From contig JAYNLI010000004.1 in the NCBI GenBank assembly GCA_038111655.1, forward strand, positions 59 through 64,058: 64,000 bases of DNA, written 5' to 3'. This document shows positions 53,940-64,000 of this stretch, one piece after another; the stretch's first letter is position 1; every line of letters begins with the position of its first letter. The notes under the pieces were generated by a model that saw only the letters and a program-made list of their open reading frames with translations, was not told the origin of the DNA and searched no databases. The stretch comes from Bordetella sp. GTDB lineage: Bacteria; Pseudomonadota; Gammaproteobacteria; Burkholderiales; Burkholderiaceae_A. The translations under genes and the position numbers were made by a program.

Positions 53940-54500
53940 ATGAATCCTCAGGACATTAGCAAGACCACGGAGCACAAGATGGCAAAGAGCCTCGAGTCAT
54001 TGCAATTTGCTTACACCAAGATTCGAACGGGTCGCGCACACACGGGTCTTCTTGAGCATATCCAGGTTGACTATTACGGTAATCTCACACCCTTACCCCA
54101 AGTGGCGTCCCTCACCCTGGTTGATGCGCGAACCATCGGTGTGACCCCTTGGGAAAAGAAAATGGTGGCTGTTGTTGAAAAGGCTATTCGTGAGTCCGAT
54201 TTGGGTTTGAATCCGGCAACGTCGGGCGATCTTATTCGAGTGCCTATGCCCGTTCTCACCGAAGAGCGTCGTCGCGAGCTCACGAAGCTTGTGCGCTCCG
54301 AGGCGGAAGACGCAAAAATTGCAGTTCGAAATATTCGTCGTGATGCGATTGAGCAGTTCAAGAAACTCACCAAAGACAAGCTTATTTCCGAAGACGACGA
54401 GCGCCGAGGCCAGGACGATACCCAAAAGTTAACTGACCGTTTTGTTGCTGAAATTGACAAGCTTTCAAGTCAAAAGGAAGCGGAAGTGATGACGGTTTGA
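53940..54500 (+). CDS. frr: Ribosome recycling factor
   Basis: IRTGRA, LTEERR.EL, RNIRRDA. Confidence 0.98.
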   Translation: MNPQDISKTTEHKMAKSLESLQFAYTKIRTGRAHTGLLEHIQVDYYGNLTPLPQVASLTLVDARTIGVTPWEKKMVAVVEKAIRESDLGLNPATSGDLIRVPMPVLTEERRRELTKLVRSEAEDAKIAVRNIRRDAIEQFKKLTKDKLISEDDERRGQDDTQKLTDRFVAEIDKLSSQKEAEVMTV

Positions 54501-54538
54501 TTCTGCTGAATTAGACCTGCGGAGTCTCGAGAGCTCGA

Positions 54539-55318
54539 ATGTCTTTAGTGGCCAGCACAACACAACTCGTTCCTGAGGTTCACGCGATACCGCAGCACGT
54601 TGCCATTATCATGGACGGCAATGGTCGGTGGGCTGCTGCGCGACATTTGCCTAGGGTAGCCGGACATGAGCGTGGCCTTACTGCGCTTCGAAAGACCGTA
54701 GAGGCCTCCGTTGAGTTTGGTATTAAGGCTCTTACCGTCTTTGCCTTCAGCTCTGAGAATTGGCGACGGCCTGAGGAAGAAGTGAGCTTCCTTATGGGAT
54801 TGTTCCTGCATGCCCTGCGCCGAGAGGTCAAAGAGCTACACCTTAATGGCATTCAATTGCGAATCATTGGAGATCTCGAGGGTTTTTCTGAGCCGCTTCG
54901 AATGGCAATTCGTGATTCAGTGGAGCGAACACGGAACAACACAGGACTTGTTTTAACTGTTGCGGTCAATTACGGTGGGCGTTGGGATGTTTTAAACGCT
55001 GTTAATAAAGCACTTGACCGTGTCCAGGTGGGGCCAGAACAGAAGGTTCATCTTACGGAAGACGCTATTCGTCCCTACATTGCCTTGGCAGACCTACCTG
55101 AGCCCGATCTTTTCATTCGTACAGGTGGTGAGCAGCGTGTGAGTAACTTTATGCTCTGGCAACTCGCATACACGGAACTCTTTTTCACCAGTGTTCACTG
55201 GCCCGATTTTGATCGGCAGACCTTGGCTGAAGCCATAGCGAGTTATCAAGCGAGAGAGAGGCGATTCGGGCGTACGTCGGGGCAAATCGCTTTAGATGCC
55301 ACGTCTCCATCAGCATAG
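54539..55318 (+). CDS. uppS: Undecaprenyl diphosphate synthase
   Basis: IIMDGNGRWA, FSSENW.RP, RTGGE.R.SNF. Confidence 0.97.
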   Translation: MSLVASTTQLVPEVHAIPQHVAIIMDGNGRWAAARHLPRVAGHERGLTALRKTVEASVEFGIKALTVFAFSSENWRRPEEEVSFLMGLFLHALRREVKELHLNGIQLRIIGDLEGFSEPLRMAIRDSVERTRNNTGLVLTVAVNYGGRWDVLNAVNKALDRVQVGPEQKVHLTEDAIRPYIALADLPEPDLFIRTGGEQRVSNFMLWQLAYTELFFTSVHWPDFDRQTLAEAIASYQARERRFGRTSGQIALDATSPSA

Positions 55319-55354
55319 CCAATGCAGACCTCTCTGCGTCTGATCTAGCTCGTT

Positions 55355-56179
55355 TTGCTTCTCCGCATTCTCACAGCCTTAGGCCTTTTCGCAGTTATCC
55401 TGCCGTTTGCTTGGCTATCGTCGGTCCAGTGGTTTCTTCAGGCCGTATCCGCCGTCTTAACACTCACGCTTATGGAATGGTTGAGGTTGTTATCCCTTGG
55501 TCGAGGTCCTTGCCTTGCTGTGTCGGTTGCTTTCTTCGCCATGACCACTCTGCTTTTACACAATGTCTACGTTGACCCCTATACGCTTGCTCCGACGGTT
55601 CTAGTTTTGGCATGTCTGGGCTGGGTTGGGACTTTATATTTCGCGTTGGCAAAAGGAAGGCTTCTTAGTGGCGTTGGCGCAGGGCTCTGGGCATTTTTCG
55701 CTTGTTTCGCAGCATGGGTTGCCGTTTGGGTGGGGCGTGAACAGGGGTTAACCGTACTTTTACTAGCCGTGATTCTGGTCTGGGTTGCGGATACGGGTGC
55801 TTATTTCTCTGGCAAGAGGTTTGGGCGGATGCGCTTTGCTCCATCCATAAGTCCTGGCAAGACTTGGGAGGGCGTGTTGGGTGCTGTGGTCCTAAATATG
55901 GTGGTAATTGTAGGTCTGGCAAGCTGGCTGCCATACGGCTGGAACTGGGCTACTGCCTACCGTTGGGGTTATCCAATTCTTGCAATCGCTGTTTTGGCAT
56001 TCACATGTCTTAGCGTTGCTGGAGACCTTTTTCAGTCCGTGCTTAAGCGACGGGCAGGGGTCAAAGACTCGGGTGATCTTCTGCCAGGTCATGGCGGCCT
56101 CTACGACCGGCTTGATGCCGCAATAGTCGTCATGCCATTTACCGTTCTGACCCAATTGTGGTCAGAATCAAGGCTATGA
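55355..56179 (+). CDS. cdsA: Phosphatidate cytidylyltransferase
   Basis: Multi-TM, SPGKTWEG, KDSG.LLPGHGG..DRLD. Confidence 0.95.
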   Translation: MLLRILTALGLFAVILPFAWLSSVQWFLQAVSAVLTLTLMEWLRLLSLGRGPCLAVSVAFFAMTTLLLHNVYVDPYTLAPTVLVLACLGWVGTLYFALAKGRLLSGVGAGLWAFFACFAAWVAVWVGREQGLTVLLLAVILVWVADTGAYFSGKRFGRMRFAPSISPGKTWEGVLGAVVLNMVVIVGLASWLPYGWNWATAYRWGYPILAIAVLAFTCLSVAGDLFQSVLKRRAGVKDSGDLLPGHGGLYDRLDAAIVVMPFTVLTQLWSESRL

Positions 56180-57351
56180 GGTTAAAGCGCGTCTGTGTTT
56201 TAGGAGCAACCGGTTCGATTGGGAAGAGCACGCTCGACCTCGTGGCTCAGCACCCTGACCGATTCCAGCTCTTTTCGGCAAGTGCGCATTCCGACGTGGA
56301 CGGAATGCTCGAGATTGTTAAAGCGTTTTCGCCAGTTCAGGTCTGCATGAAGGACATAGCCGCTGGCGACCAGCTTATCAATCGGTTAAAGCAACTTCGC
56401 CTGCACCGCACGGAGGTGGTCGTTGGGAGCGAGGCTCTTAATAGCCTTGCGGCTCACTCGCAGGTTGATACCGTGGTCGCCGGTATTGTGGGAATCGCAG
56501 GTCTACTGCCTGTATGGTCTGCGGTAGCGGCAGGTAAGTCGGTGCTACTTGCCAATAAAGAGGCCTTGGTCTGTGCCGGTGAGCTTTTCGTCCAGCAGGC
56601 CAAGCAGTCTGGCGCCTGTATTCTCCCCATTGACAGCGAACACAATGCAATCTTCCAGTGCCTCGGTCCGGCTTATGCATGTTTTTCCCGACCCGAATCG
56701 GTACGAAGGCTCTTGTTAACCGCATCTGGAGGGCCATTTCGTGACTGGCCAGTAGAAGCCATTCGTTCTGCCACGCCCGAACAGGCGGTAAAGCATCCCA
56801 ATTGGGTCATGGGCCCAAAAATTTCTGTAGATTCTGCCACCATGATGAATAAGGCGCTTGAGCTTATTGAAGCGCATTGGCTTTTTTCTATGCCTGCCGA
56901 GGAAATTGAAGTTGTAATTCACCCTCAGAGCATCATTCACTCGATGGTTGAGTTTTGGGATGGTTCAACCTTGGCTCAGTTAGGCACTCCTGACATGCGT
57001 ACCCCCATTGCGCATGCAATGGCATGGCCCGATCGAATGGACTCTCAGGTTGAGTCACTGAATTGGAGTCAGTTACGCGAGCTGCATTTTGAAGTTCCTG
57101 ATGACACTCGGTTTCCTTCACTGGCCTTTGCCCGGCAGGCCCTACTAGACGGGCCGGTTGCGAGCATTTGCCTAAACGCAATCAATGAGGTCATGGTTGC
57201 TCGGTTTTTAAAGGGGGCCTGTTCATTTGGGGCTATATTTGATGAACTGGATAAAGGTCTTCAGCGGTTCACCGGTCGTTTCCTTGTTCCCACAAGCCTT
57301 GACGAAGTCATGGCCATGGATACCGAGATAAGGGCTTTTTATGCTCACTAG
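56176..57351 (+). CDS. dxr: DXP reductoisomerase
   Basis: LGATGSIG, LANKE, PIDSEH, HPNW.MG.KIS.DSAT; ATGA coupling to cdsA. Confidence 0.97.
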   Translation: MRLKRVCVLGATGSIGKSTLDLVAQHPDRFQLFSASAHSDVDGMLEIVKAFSPVQVCMKDIAAGDQLINRLKQLRLHRTEVVVGSEALNSLAAHSQVDTVVAGIVGIAGLLPVWSAVAAGKSVLLANKEALVCAGELFVQQAKQSGACILPIDSEHNAIFQCLGPAYACFSRPESVRRLLLTASGGPFRDWPVEAIRSATPEQAVKHPNWVMGPKISVDSATMMNKALELIEAHWLFSMPAEEIEVVIHPQSIIHSMVEFWDGSTLAQLGTPDMRTPIAHAMAWPDRMDSQVESLNWSQLRELHFEVPDDTRFPSLAFARQALLDGPVASICLNAINEVMVARFLKGACSFGAIFDELDKGLQRFTGRFLVPTSLDEVMAMDTEIRAFYAH

Positions 57352-58669
57352 CATTTTCGCATTTCTTATTGCAATTGGTCTTTTGGTTTTTATTCACGAG
57401 CTTGGTCATTACCTAGCCGCGCGCTCGGTGGGTGTCCATGTTCAGCGCTTTTCGATAGGGTTTGGTCGGCCTCTGGTCTCACGGCGCGACAAGAATGGTT
57501 GCGACTGGGTTGTTGCTCTGGTTCCTTTGGGCGGTTATGTCCAAATGACTGAGAATGAAGATACGCCCCAAAGTTTTGATCGTAAGCCGCTATGGGCGCG
57601 TGCCTGGGTCGTGGTTGCAGGGCCACTGGCGAATTTCATCTTCGCAATCGTGGCTTTTGCGTGTCTGGCCATGATTGGTCGACCCGAGCCAGTTGCGGTC
57701 TTCAATCAGCCGCCTGTTCAGTCACTCTCCGAGCGCCTTGGCCTGCAAGAGGACGATCGACTGACTCATATGAATGGTGAGGCTGTAAGGTCCTACTCCG
57801 ATTTTCGTTGGAAGATGACTAAGGCCTACATCGGGGAGGGTCAGTCTCGCTTTGAGCTTGCTGTTGTTAACACCGCTGGTTCCAGGCGCGAAATTGTTCT
57901 GAATCTTGTCGAACTCCAACCGCTCGCCCAAGACGCCTCGATCGACGATATTCTATTCAAAGCGGGTATTCGACCGCGCTCCGATGGAGTTCTTGTGACC
58001 TCTGTTTTGGCCGGTAGCCCTGCCGAGGCTGCCGGACTACAAGCGGGGGACGGCTTCCTCAGCCTTCAAGGCAAGGCTATCCGCGACCCGCAGGATCTCC
58101 AACAAGTTGTTGCGGCATCGCAGGGGCAACCGCTTGAACTCTTGATTCGTCGTGAGGGCAGTGGCCAGCAGGAGCTCCTGGTGATTCGGCCACAGCAGGT
58201 ATCTGATGGAAATAGCTTTCGCCTAGGTGTTGGCATCGGACCAAGCCTTGAGATGCAGTGGGTGCAGTACGGTCCACTTCAGTCAATTGAGCGCGGCATT
58301 CAGCGGACGGCCGAATTGTCGGTATTGTCACTGCAGGCTTTGGGTCGAATGGTGTCAGGGGATTTGTCATGGAGACAGATGAGCGGCCCGGTGGGAATTG
58401 CGGGTGCCGCAGGTCAGTCTGCCGAGCTTGGTCTCATTGCGTTTGTGAGTTTTTTGGCGCTTATTAGCATCAGTATTGGGGTCTTGAACTTGCTTCCTAT
58501 TCCCATGCTTGATGGGGGGCACCTCATGTATTATGCCTTTGAGTTTGTTCGCGGGCAGCCTCTCTCGGTGCAGGCCCAGCAGGCTGGCCAACGGCTTGGT
58601 TTGGTCCTCATTGCTCTCCTCACGAGCCTGGCGTTGGTGAATGACATGTCCCGATTATTTGGGTTTTAG
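57341..58669 (+). CDS. rseP: RIP metalloprotease
   Basis: HELGH, two PDZ-like regions, NLLPIP.LDGG. Confidence 0.96.
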   Translation: MLTSIFAFLIAIGLLVFIHELGHYLAARSVGVHVQRFSIGFGRPLVSRRDKNGCDWVVALVPLGGYVQMTENEDTPQSFDRKPLWARAWVVVAGPLANFIFAIVAFACLAMIGRPEPVAVFNQPPVQSLSERLGLQEDDRLTHMNGEAVRSYSDFRWKMTKAYIGEGQSRFELAVVNTAGSRREIVLNLVELQPLAQDASIDDILFKAGIRPRSDGVLVTSVLAGSPAEAAGLQAGDGFLSLQGKAIRDPQDLQQVVAASQGQPLELLIRREGSGQQELLVIRPQQVSDGNSFRLGVGIGPSLEMQWVQYGPLQSIERGIQRTAELSVLSLQALGRMVSGDLSWRQMSGPVGIAGAAGQSAELGLIAFVSFLALISISIGVLNLLPIPMLDGGHLMYYAFEFVRGQPLSVQAQQAGQRLGLVLIALLTSLALVNDMSRLFGF

Positions 58670-58678
58670 AGGGGTTTC

Positions 58679-61072
58679 ATGGTTTCTTCAGGCTTATTCT
58701 TGTCTCGATCATCGGTACGCATGCCGCTTACCAGATCGGCGTTTTTTGTTCTAGGGTTATTCGCACTGCCTTATGCCGTCGCGCAGGTTCAGGTTCCTGC
58801 CCCCACTGCTCCGGTTTCCCCCAGTGCTCCTTCCGTTGGTGTTTCGTCTGTGCCTGAAGGCATCACCATTGAAGATATTCGTATCGAGGGCTTGCAACGT
58901 ATCGAGCCTGGAACAGTCTTTTCTTATCTTCCTGTGCGGATTGGCGAGGTTTTGTCTTCAACAACTGCCGCCGAGGCAGTACGAGCACTTTTCGCAACCG
59001 GCTTTTTTCAGGACGTTCGCATTGAAATCGAGGGTCGTGTTCTGATTGTTCTGCTTGAAGAGCGTCCTGCCATTGGTGCCATTGAAATTATTGGGGCGAA
59101 GGAGTTTGATGCCGATACTTTGAAGAAGGCTCTTGGCGATGCCGGGCTGTCGGAAGCGCGCATTTTCGATCGAGCAATTCTTGAGCGAGCCGAACAGGAG
59201 CTCAAACGCCAGTACCTTGGTCGCGGTAAATACGATGTGCAGGTGCAGTCTACGGTTTCACCCTTGCAGCGTAATCGTGTTGCGGTTTCTATCGCCATTG
59301 ATGAGGGTGAAGACGCAAAGATTAAAGAGATCCGAATTGTGGGTGCAACTGCTTTTTCGGAAGAGACACTTCTTGACGAATTTAAGCTTTCGATACCCAC
59401 TTGGATGAGCTGGTACACAAAGTCAGATCAGTACTCGCGTCAAAAGCTTACAGGCGACCTTGAGAGTCTTCGCTCGTTTTATTTGAACCGTGGTTATTTG
59501 GAGTTCGCGATTGACTCCACGCAGGTGTCTCTTTCAGCAGATCGCCGTGATGTTTTTATTACCCTTGTGGTGAAAGAGGGTGAAAAATTTAATTTCGGGG
59601 AGTTTCAGTTTGTCGGCGACATGCTTGACCAGCCCGATACCTTTAAAGCCCTGAACTCACTGAAAGCCGGTGAAACCTTTTCGAACGAGCGACTTCAGGA
59701 GGTTTTGAAATCGATGACCTATAAGTTAGGGGCGTTAGGCTACGCTTTTGGAAACGTGAGCCCCATTCCGAACATAAACCGAGAAACAAAGACTGTGGAC
59801 TTCGTTTTTCAGGTTGATCCAGGTCGTCGCGTCTACGTTCGTCGAATTAACATTAGCGGCAATGCCAAAACGCGAGATGAGGTTATTCGCCGTGAGATGC
59901 GGCAGTTCGAGTCATCTTGGTATGACAGTGAGCGCATTCGTATTTCGCGTAACCGAATTGACCGCTTGGGCTACTTCAATGCGGTTGAGGTTGATCGCGA
60001 GGCGGTAACCGGCACATCCGATCAGGTTGACGTGAATGTGAAGGTCGAGGAGCGCCCCCTTGGCAGTCTTACTTTTGGCCTTGGTTATTCAAGCTCTGAA
60101 AGTGTTGTGCTTTCGGGTTCCATTAGCCAGCAGAACTTCATGGGCACTGGAACCAATGTGTCACTCGAAGTCAACACAAGCCGGGTGAGCCAGACCTTCG
60201 CCATTCGTCATGTTGACCCTTACTTTACCGATGACGGTATTAGTCGCTCACTTGACCTTTACACACGTACTTTCAACGCCGACGAGGTTGACTCCTTAGC
60301 CGATTACAAGATTGTATCGACCGGCTTTGGTGCGCGTTTTGGTATTCCTTACACTGAAGAAGACCGGCTTTTTGTGGGTCTGGCTGTTGAGAACTCAAAG
60401 CTTTCTGGTGACCCCGAGTCAGAGAATTGGGCCGAGTTCCGAAATGAATTTGGAGATCAGGCCACTGCCGTCCTTGCTTCCGTTGGTTGGTCTCGTGACA
60501 CCCGTGACAGCGGCCTAGCACCTACTTCAGGTCGCTATCAGTTCGCAAACCTCGATTACGGCACGCCCATCGGCGACCTTGAGTACGCTCGTTTTACTTA
60601 TGGCGACCAGTTTTTCTATCCGCTGAGCAAGAAGGTAACGTTTGCTTTCAATACCGAGCTTGGAGTTGGTTTGGGGCTTTTTGGTAAACCGTATCCCGCC
60701 ATCAAGAATTTTTATGCTGGAGGTATTGGGTCGATTCGAGGTTTTTCGTCCAGCTCGGTTGGCCCTAAATCCTTTATTACAGGTGACTCTATTGGCGGAA
60801 CCAAGCGTTTAATCTTTAATACCGAGCTGCTAACACCTCTTCCTGGTATGGCCCAAGACAGATCCATTCGTGTCTTTACGTACATGGACGCAGGTGCTGT
60901 ATGGGGTGAGAATGATGATGTCACGCTGTCCGATATGCGTGCATCGGCGGGGGTTGGCCTAAGCTGGTTCTCGCCTGTGGGTCCATTGAAGCTTAGTTTT
61001 GGTCAGCCCATCAAGAAGCAGGATGGGGACGAAACCGAGTCGTTCCAGTTTCAAATTGGTTCTAGTTTTTAG
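58679..61072 (+). CDS. bamA: Outer-membrane protein assembly factor
   Basis: POTRA domains, IRGF motif, C-terminal FQFQIGSSF. Confidence 0.97.
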   Translation: MVSSGLFLSRSSVRMPLTRSAFFVLGLFALPYAVAQVQVPAPTAPVSPSAPSVGVSSVPEGITIEDIRIEGLQRIEPGTVFSYLPVRIGEVLSSTTAAEAVRALFATGFFQDVRIEIEGRVLIVLLEERPAIGAIEIIGAKEFDADTLKKALGDAGLSEARIFDRAILERAEQELKRQYLGRGKYDVQVQSTVSPLQRNRVAVSIAIDEGEDAKIKEIRIVGATAFSEETLLDEFKLSIPTWMSWYTKSDQYSRQKLTGDLESLRSFYLNRGYLEFAIDSTQVSLSADRRDVFITLVVKEGEKFNFGEFQFVGDMLDQPDTFKALNSLKAGETFSNERLQEVLKSMTYKLGALGYAFGNVSPIPNINRETKTVDFVFQVDPGRRVYVRRINISGNAKTRDEVIRREMRQFESSWYDSERIRISRNRIDRLGYFNAVEVDREAVTGTSDQVDVNVKVEERPLGSLTFGLGYSSSESVVLSGSISQQNFMGTGTNVSLEVNTSRVSQTFAIRHVDPYFTDDGISRSLDLYTRTFNADEVDSLADYKIVSTGFGARFGIPYTEEDRLFVGLAVENSKLSGDPESENWAEFRNEFGDQATAVLASVGWSRDTRDSGLAPTSGRYQFANLDYGTPIGDLEYARFTYGDQFFYPLSKKVTFAFNTELGVGLGLFGKPYPAIKNFYAGGIGSIRGFSSSSVGPKSFITGDSIGGTKRLIFNTELLTPLPGMAQDRSIRVFTYMDAGAVWGENDDVTLSDMRASAGVGLSWFSPVGPLKLSFGQPIKKQDGDETESFQFQIGSSF

Positions 61073-61106
61073 ATGTTTCTAGTTGTTTAATGCTTGGAGG
61101 CTTTGA

Positions 61107-61661
61107 GTGGTTATAAATACACGGTTAATGGCTCGTCGTTCGATGTCTTGGTCTCTGGGACTAAGCGTGGTGTTCTTCATTGGTGCGTCAATGTTTGTCT
61201 CGTCGGTAGCGATTGCGCAGACCAAAATTGGTTTTGTACGCACTGAAAGAGTTCTTAAGGAATCCGCCCCGGCCCAGGCCGCTCAAAAGAAGCTTGAAAC
61301 CGAGTTCTCAAAACGAGAAAAAGAGCTTCAGGACTTGGCGAGCCGTCTTCGCGGTCTATCAGAGAAGCTTGAGCGTGATCTTCCTGTATTGGCCGAGAAA
61401 GACCGTGTTTCTCAACAGCGCGAAATCACTGATATGGAGCGCGATCTGCAACGAAGGCAGCGTGAGTTTCGTGAAGATTTGAATCAGCGTCGTAATGAAG
61501 AACTGGCAGGGGTCGTCGAGCAAGCCAATCAGGCCATTCGTAAGATTGCAGAGTCTGAAAAGTTCGATATTATTTTTCAAGAGGCGGTCTACGCATCGCC
61601 CAGAATAGACATTACCGACAAGGTCTTGCGTGCCCTTGGAACGAAGGCAGGCGGAAAGTAA
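61107..61661 (+). CDS. skp: Periplasmic chaperone Skp/OmpH
   Basis: Signal peptide, KIGFV, coiled coil, DITDKV; GGAGG before GTG. Confidence 0.93.
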   Translation: MVINTRLMARRSMSWSLGLSVVFFIGASMFVSSVAIAQTKIGFVRTERVLKESAPAQAAQKKLETEFSKREKELQDLASRLRGLSEKLERDLPVLAEKDRVSQQREITDMERDLQRRQREFREDLNQRRNEELAGVVEQANQAIRKIAESEKFDIIFQEAVYASPRIDITDKVLRALGTKAGGK

Positions 61662-62655
61662 GTCTTTGGTTACCTTGGCCTCTGAGCTTTTCAAGCCGCT
61701 TGGGGTCGAGGTTCATGGGGAGTCTTCTCTTAAGCTGACAGGGTTCTCGAGCCTTGACGGGGCGACCGAGACGCATTTCAGTTTTTTGAGGCACGCTCGG
61801 CACCTCGAAGCCCTTCATCGTACAAAGGCGGGACTCGTGATTCTGCCAGAGGATGTCCCGGCTTCAACGGGCGCCTGGCGGGCCTGGGTAAAGGTTAAGG
61901 ATCCTTACCTGGTTTTTGCGAAGGCGGCTGGGTATTTTGTTCAGCAGCGACTTGCTCAGAGCGCCGAGACCTTTATTCACCCCAGTGCGGTTGTTTCGCC
62001 CGATGCCCGAATCTCTCAGGGGTGTCAGGTGCATGCTAATGCTGTGATTGAACGGCAGGCCGAGCTTGGTGCTGGAACCGAGGTTGGGGCGGGCAGTTAC
62101 ATTGGTGAAGGGGTTTGCATTGGTGCGGGAGGCCGGATCGCGCCTCGTGTCGTCATTCAGGCCTCTGCGCATTTGGGGGCGCGTTGTATCGTGCATGCGG
62201 GCGCCGTTATTGGTGCGGATGGCTTTGGCTTTGCAGAGGATCAAGATAAGTCTTGGGTCAAAATTCCCCAGGTGGGTTCTGTGCGAGTTGGCGATGACGT
62301 TGAGATTGGTGCGAATACAACCATCGACCGCGGCACCTTTGCGAATACATGCCTTGGTAACGGGGTGAAACTGGACAACCTGATACAGGTCGCCCACAAC
62401 GTGGAAATTGGTGATCACACGGCTATTGCCGGATGTGTAGGGATTGCAGGCAGTGCGAAGATTGGAAAGTACTGCCAGATTGCAGGGGCCGCGGGTATCC
62501 TTGGGCACTTGTCGATTCCCGATTTCACCGTGGTCGGTCCCATGACTCTGATTCAGTCAAGCATTGATGCGGCGGGTACCTATGTGGGTGTTTTTCCTGC
62601 CATGGAGCACCGACGTTGGGCCAAGGCGGCGGCAAGGCTAAGGCGGGGGCCTTAA
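61630..62655 (+). CDS. lpxD: UDP-3-O-acylglucosamine N-acyltransferase
   Basis: DPYL.FA, hexapeptide repeats, GADGFGF, KIPQ.G, DNLIQVAHN catalytic His; start uncertain. Confidence 0.93.
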   Translation: MPLERRQAESKSLVTLASELFKPLGVEVHGESSLKLTGFSSLDGATETHFSFLRHARHLEALHRTKAGLVILPEDVPASTGAWRAWVKVKDPYLVFAKAAGYFVQQRLAQSAETFIHPSAVVSPDARISQGCQVHANAVIERQAELGAGTEVGAGSYIGEGVCIGAGGRIAPRVVIQASAHLGARCIVHAGAVIGADGFGFAEDQDKSWVKIPQVGSVRVGDDVEIGANTTIDRGTFANTCLGNGVKLDNLIQVAHNVEIGDHTAIAGCVGIAGSAKIGKYCQIAGAAGILGHLSIPDFTVVGPMTLIQSSIDAAGTYVGVFPAMEHRRWAKAAARLRRGP

Positions 62656-62729
62656 TCAATTAAAGTGGCGCTTTACACCGTTCATTCTTTGTTTTTGCGT
62701 CGACGCTATTTTTGGGGAGATTGGCACGC

Positions 62730-63185
62730 ATGACTTTATCTGTGCAGGACATCATTAAAACCCTGCCTCATCGGTATCCGTTCCTTTTGGTAGACCGAGT
62801 GGAAGAACTTATTCCTGGTGAGCGTATTCATGCTTACAAGAACGTCACGATTAACGAAGAGTTTTTTAACGGTCACTTTCCTCACTATCCTGTCATGCCA
62901 GGAGTGCTTATTATCGAGGCCTTGGCGCAGGCGGCAGGTGTTCTCTCCTTCAAAACCATGGAGCAGGCCCCTTCCGAAGACTCCGTTATTTTCTTCGTAG
63001 GCATCGACGATGCTCGTTTTAAGCGGCCTGTTGTACCGGGAGATAGATTGGACCTTCACGTCAGCATCGAGCGTTGTGTAAGGGGTATATGGAAGTACAA
63101 GGCGCAAGCCATGGTTGGGGATCAGATTGCAGCAGAGGCGAATTTAATGTGTGCTTTGCGCGATATTCCCTCAAACGAGGGCTGA
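62730..63185 (+). CDS. fabZ: 3-hydroxyacyl-ACP dehydratase
   Basis: [22 protein letters not shown]. Confidence 0.97.
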   Translation: MTLSVQDIIKTLPHRYPFLLVDRVEELIPGERIHAYKNVTINEEFFNGHFPHYPVMPGVLIIEALAQAAGVLSFKTMEQAPSEDSVIFFVGIDDARFKRPVVPGDRLDLHVSIERCVRGIWKYKAQAMVGDQIAAEANLMCALRDIPSNEG

Positions 63186-63197
63186 CGTTCAACGGCG

Positions 63198-63890
63198 TTG
63201 GCGCAGTTGCTGGTCATTGGCGTCGACGAGGCTGGCCGCGGGCCGTGGGCGGGTCCCGTAACGGCGGCTGCGGTTGCCTTGGGCGCCCAGGTTTCTCAAG
63301 AGCTTCTTACTTCGGTTCGTGACTCCAAAGCTTTGAATGCCAAGCGTCGCGAGGCGCTTGTTCCACTGATTAAGTCTCAGGCATATGCCTGGGGTGTTGG
63401 CTGGTCAGATGTTAATGAAATCGATGAGCTTGGCATTCTTAAAGCAACCTTTTTCGCGATGCAGAGAGCTGTTCTACAACTTTTATCAGGCTCCACCCAC
63501 GCCACAATGACCTTGGCGTCGGCGGCTGTGAAGGCGGACCCCGAGTTAAGCTTTTCCAATGTCCAAGAGGTTCATGTCATTGTGGATGGCAACCTTCACC
63601 CGGCGCGTTACATTGGTGAAGACAATTGGCCCTGGCTCACAGAGACCATGATCAAGGCCGACGCTCGGCAGATTGAGGTTGCAGCAGCTTCTATTCTTGC
63701 CAAGACCGCCCGTGATGCGTACATGCTTCACTTGGCCAAAGACTATCCCGGCTATGGGTTTGAGTTCCATGCTGGCTACGGTACAAAACAACATCAAGAG
63801 GCGCTGCGGCTGCTCGGCCCCGCAGCGCCACACCGCAAATCGTTCCGACCCGTACGTAAGCTTCTCGCAAGCTCGAATGACGCAACATGA
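63198..63890 (+). CDS. rnhB: Ribonuclease HII
   Basis: GVDEAGRGP, DSK.L, AASILAK..RD, HRKSF.P. Confidence 0.96.
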   Translation: MAQLLVIGVDEAGRGPWAGPVTAAAVALGAQVSQELLTSVRDSKALNAKRREALVPLIKSQAYAWGVGWSDVNEIDELGILKATFFAMQRAVLQLLSGSTHATMTLASAAVKADPELSFSNVQEVHVIVDGNLHPARYIGEDNWPWLTETMIKADARQIEVAAASILAKTARDAYMLHLAKDYPGYGFEFHAGYGTKQHQEALRLLGPAAPHRKSFRPVRKLLASSNDAT

Positions 63891-64000
63891 GTGGGGGCTG
63901 GCCTATTGATTTGCCACTACGACGTATCTCGTCGAAAGAGAATGATGAGTTTCGCCGTCTTCTTGCCGCGCAGAGTCGGGCGGAGGTTCGAGCGCAGGAG
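63887..64000 (+). CDS. Probable TrmH/SpoU-family RNA methyltransferase, 5' part (runs off window)
   Basis: ATGA overlap with rnhB, open to the edge; RISSKENDEFRRL resembles the TrmH N-terminal I-S-x-x-N motif; usual neighbour of rnhB in betaproteobacteria. Confidence 0.6.
   Translation, partial: MSGGWPIDLPLRRISSKENDEFRRLLAAQSRAEVRAQE

Noticed and set aside
61864-62508. 214-aa antisense ORF over lpxD and similar shadow ORFs (e.g. 45717-46229, 18003-18503)
   Set aside because: Antisense to well-conserved genes, no motifs, expected from codon bias

Overview
Chromosomal segment of a Burkholderiales-like betaproteobacterium (GC in the low-to-mid 50s% by spot counts), very densely coding. The left ~5.3 kb is the end of a sulfur-oxidation region. 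It holds the 3' part of soxB, then a leftward operon encoding a DUF302 lipoprotein, a FadL-family outer-membrane channel and a Cys-rich DUF4395 membrane protein. Divergent from it, across a 16-bp CsoR/CstR-type operator, are a CsoR-family repressor with an atypical Cys pattern and a small c-type cytochrome with a candidate Cys ligand; a convergent secreted hypothetical follows. The rest is core genome: tesA/ybbA, purL, ybiT, serB, mfd, fused ispDF, fused tsaB-rimI, alr, radA, hpnCDE, tRNA-Leu-tig-clpPX-lon-hupB-tRNA-Val-tRNA-Asp-ppiD, selU, prmB, dapE, dapD, queF, smc-zipA-ligA-galU, glnD, map and the rpsB-tsf-pyrH-frr-uppS-cdsA-dxr-rseP-bamA-skp-lpxD-fabZ-rnhB cluster. The most notable points are: (1) a candidate sulfane-sulfur-responsive envelope uptake/handling module beside soxB; (2) clean absence of lpxA and lpxB between fabZ and rnhB; (3) several apparently leaderless genes, including a bidirectional -10 between mfd and ispDF; (4) two consecutive gene fusions, a parvulin-less PpiD and a psi/UDG-like orphan; (5) in-frame loop insertions whose DNA is palindromic. 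No IS element, prophage or CRISPR array was seen. All family assignments come from motif recognition and synteny, not database searches.
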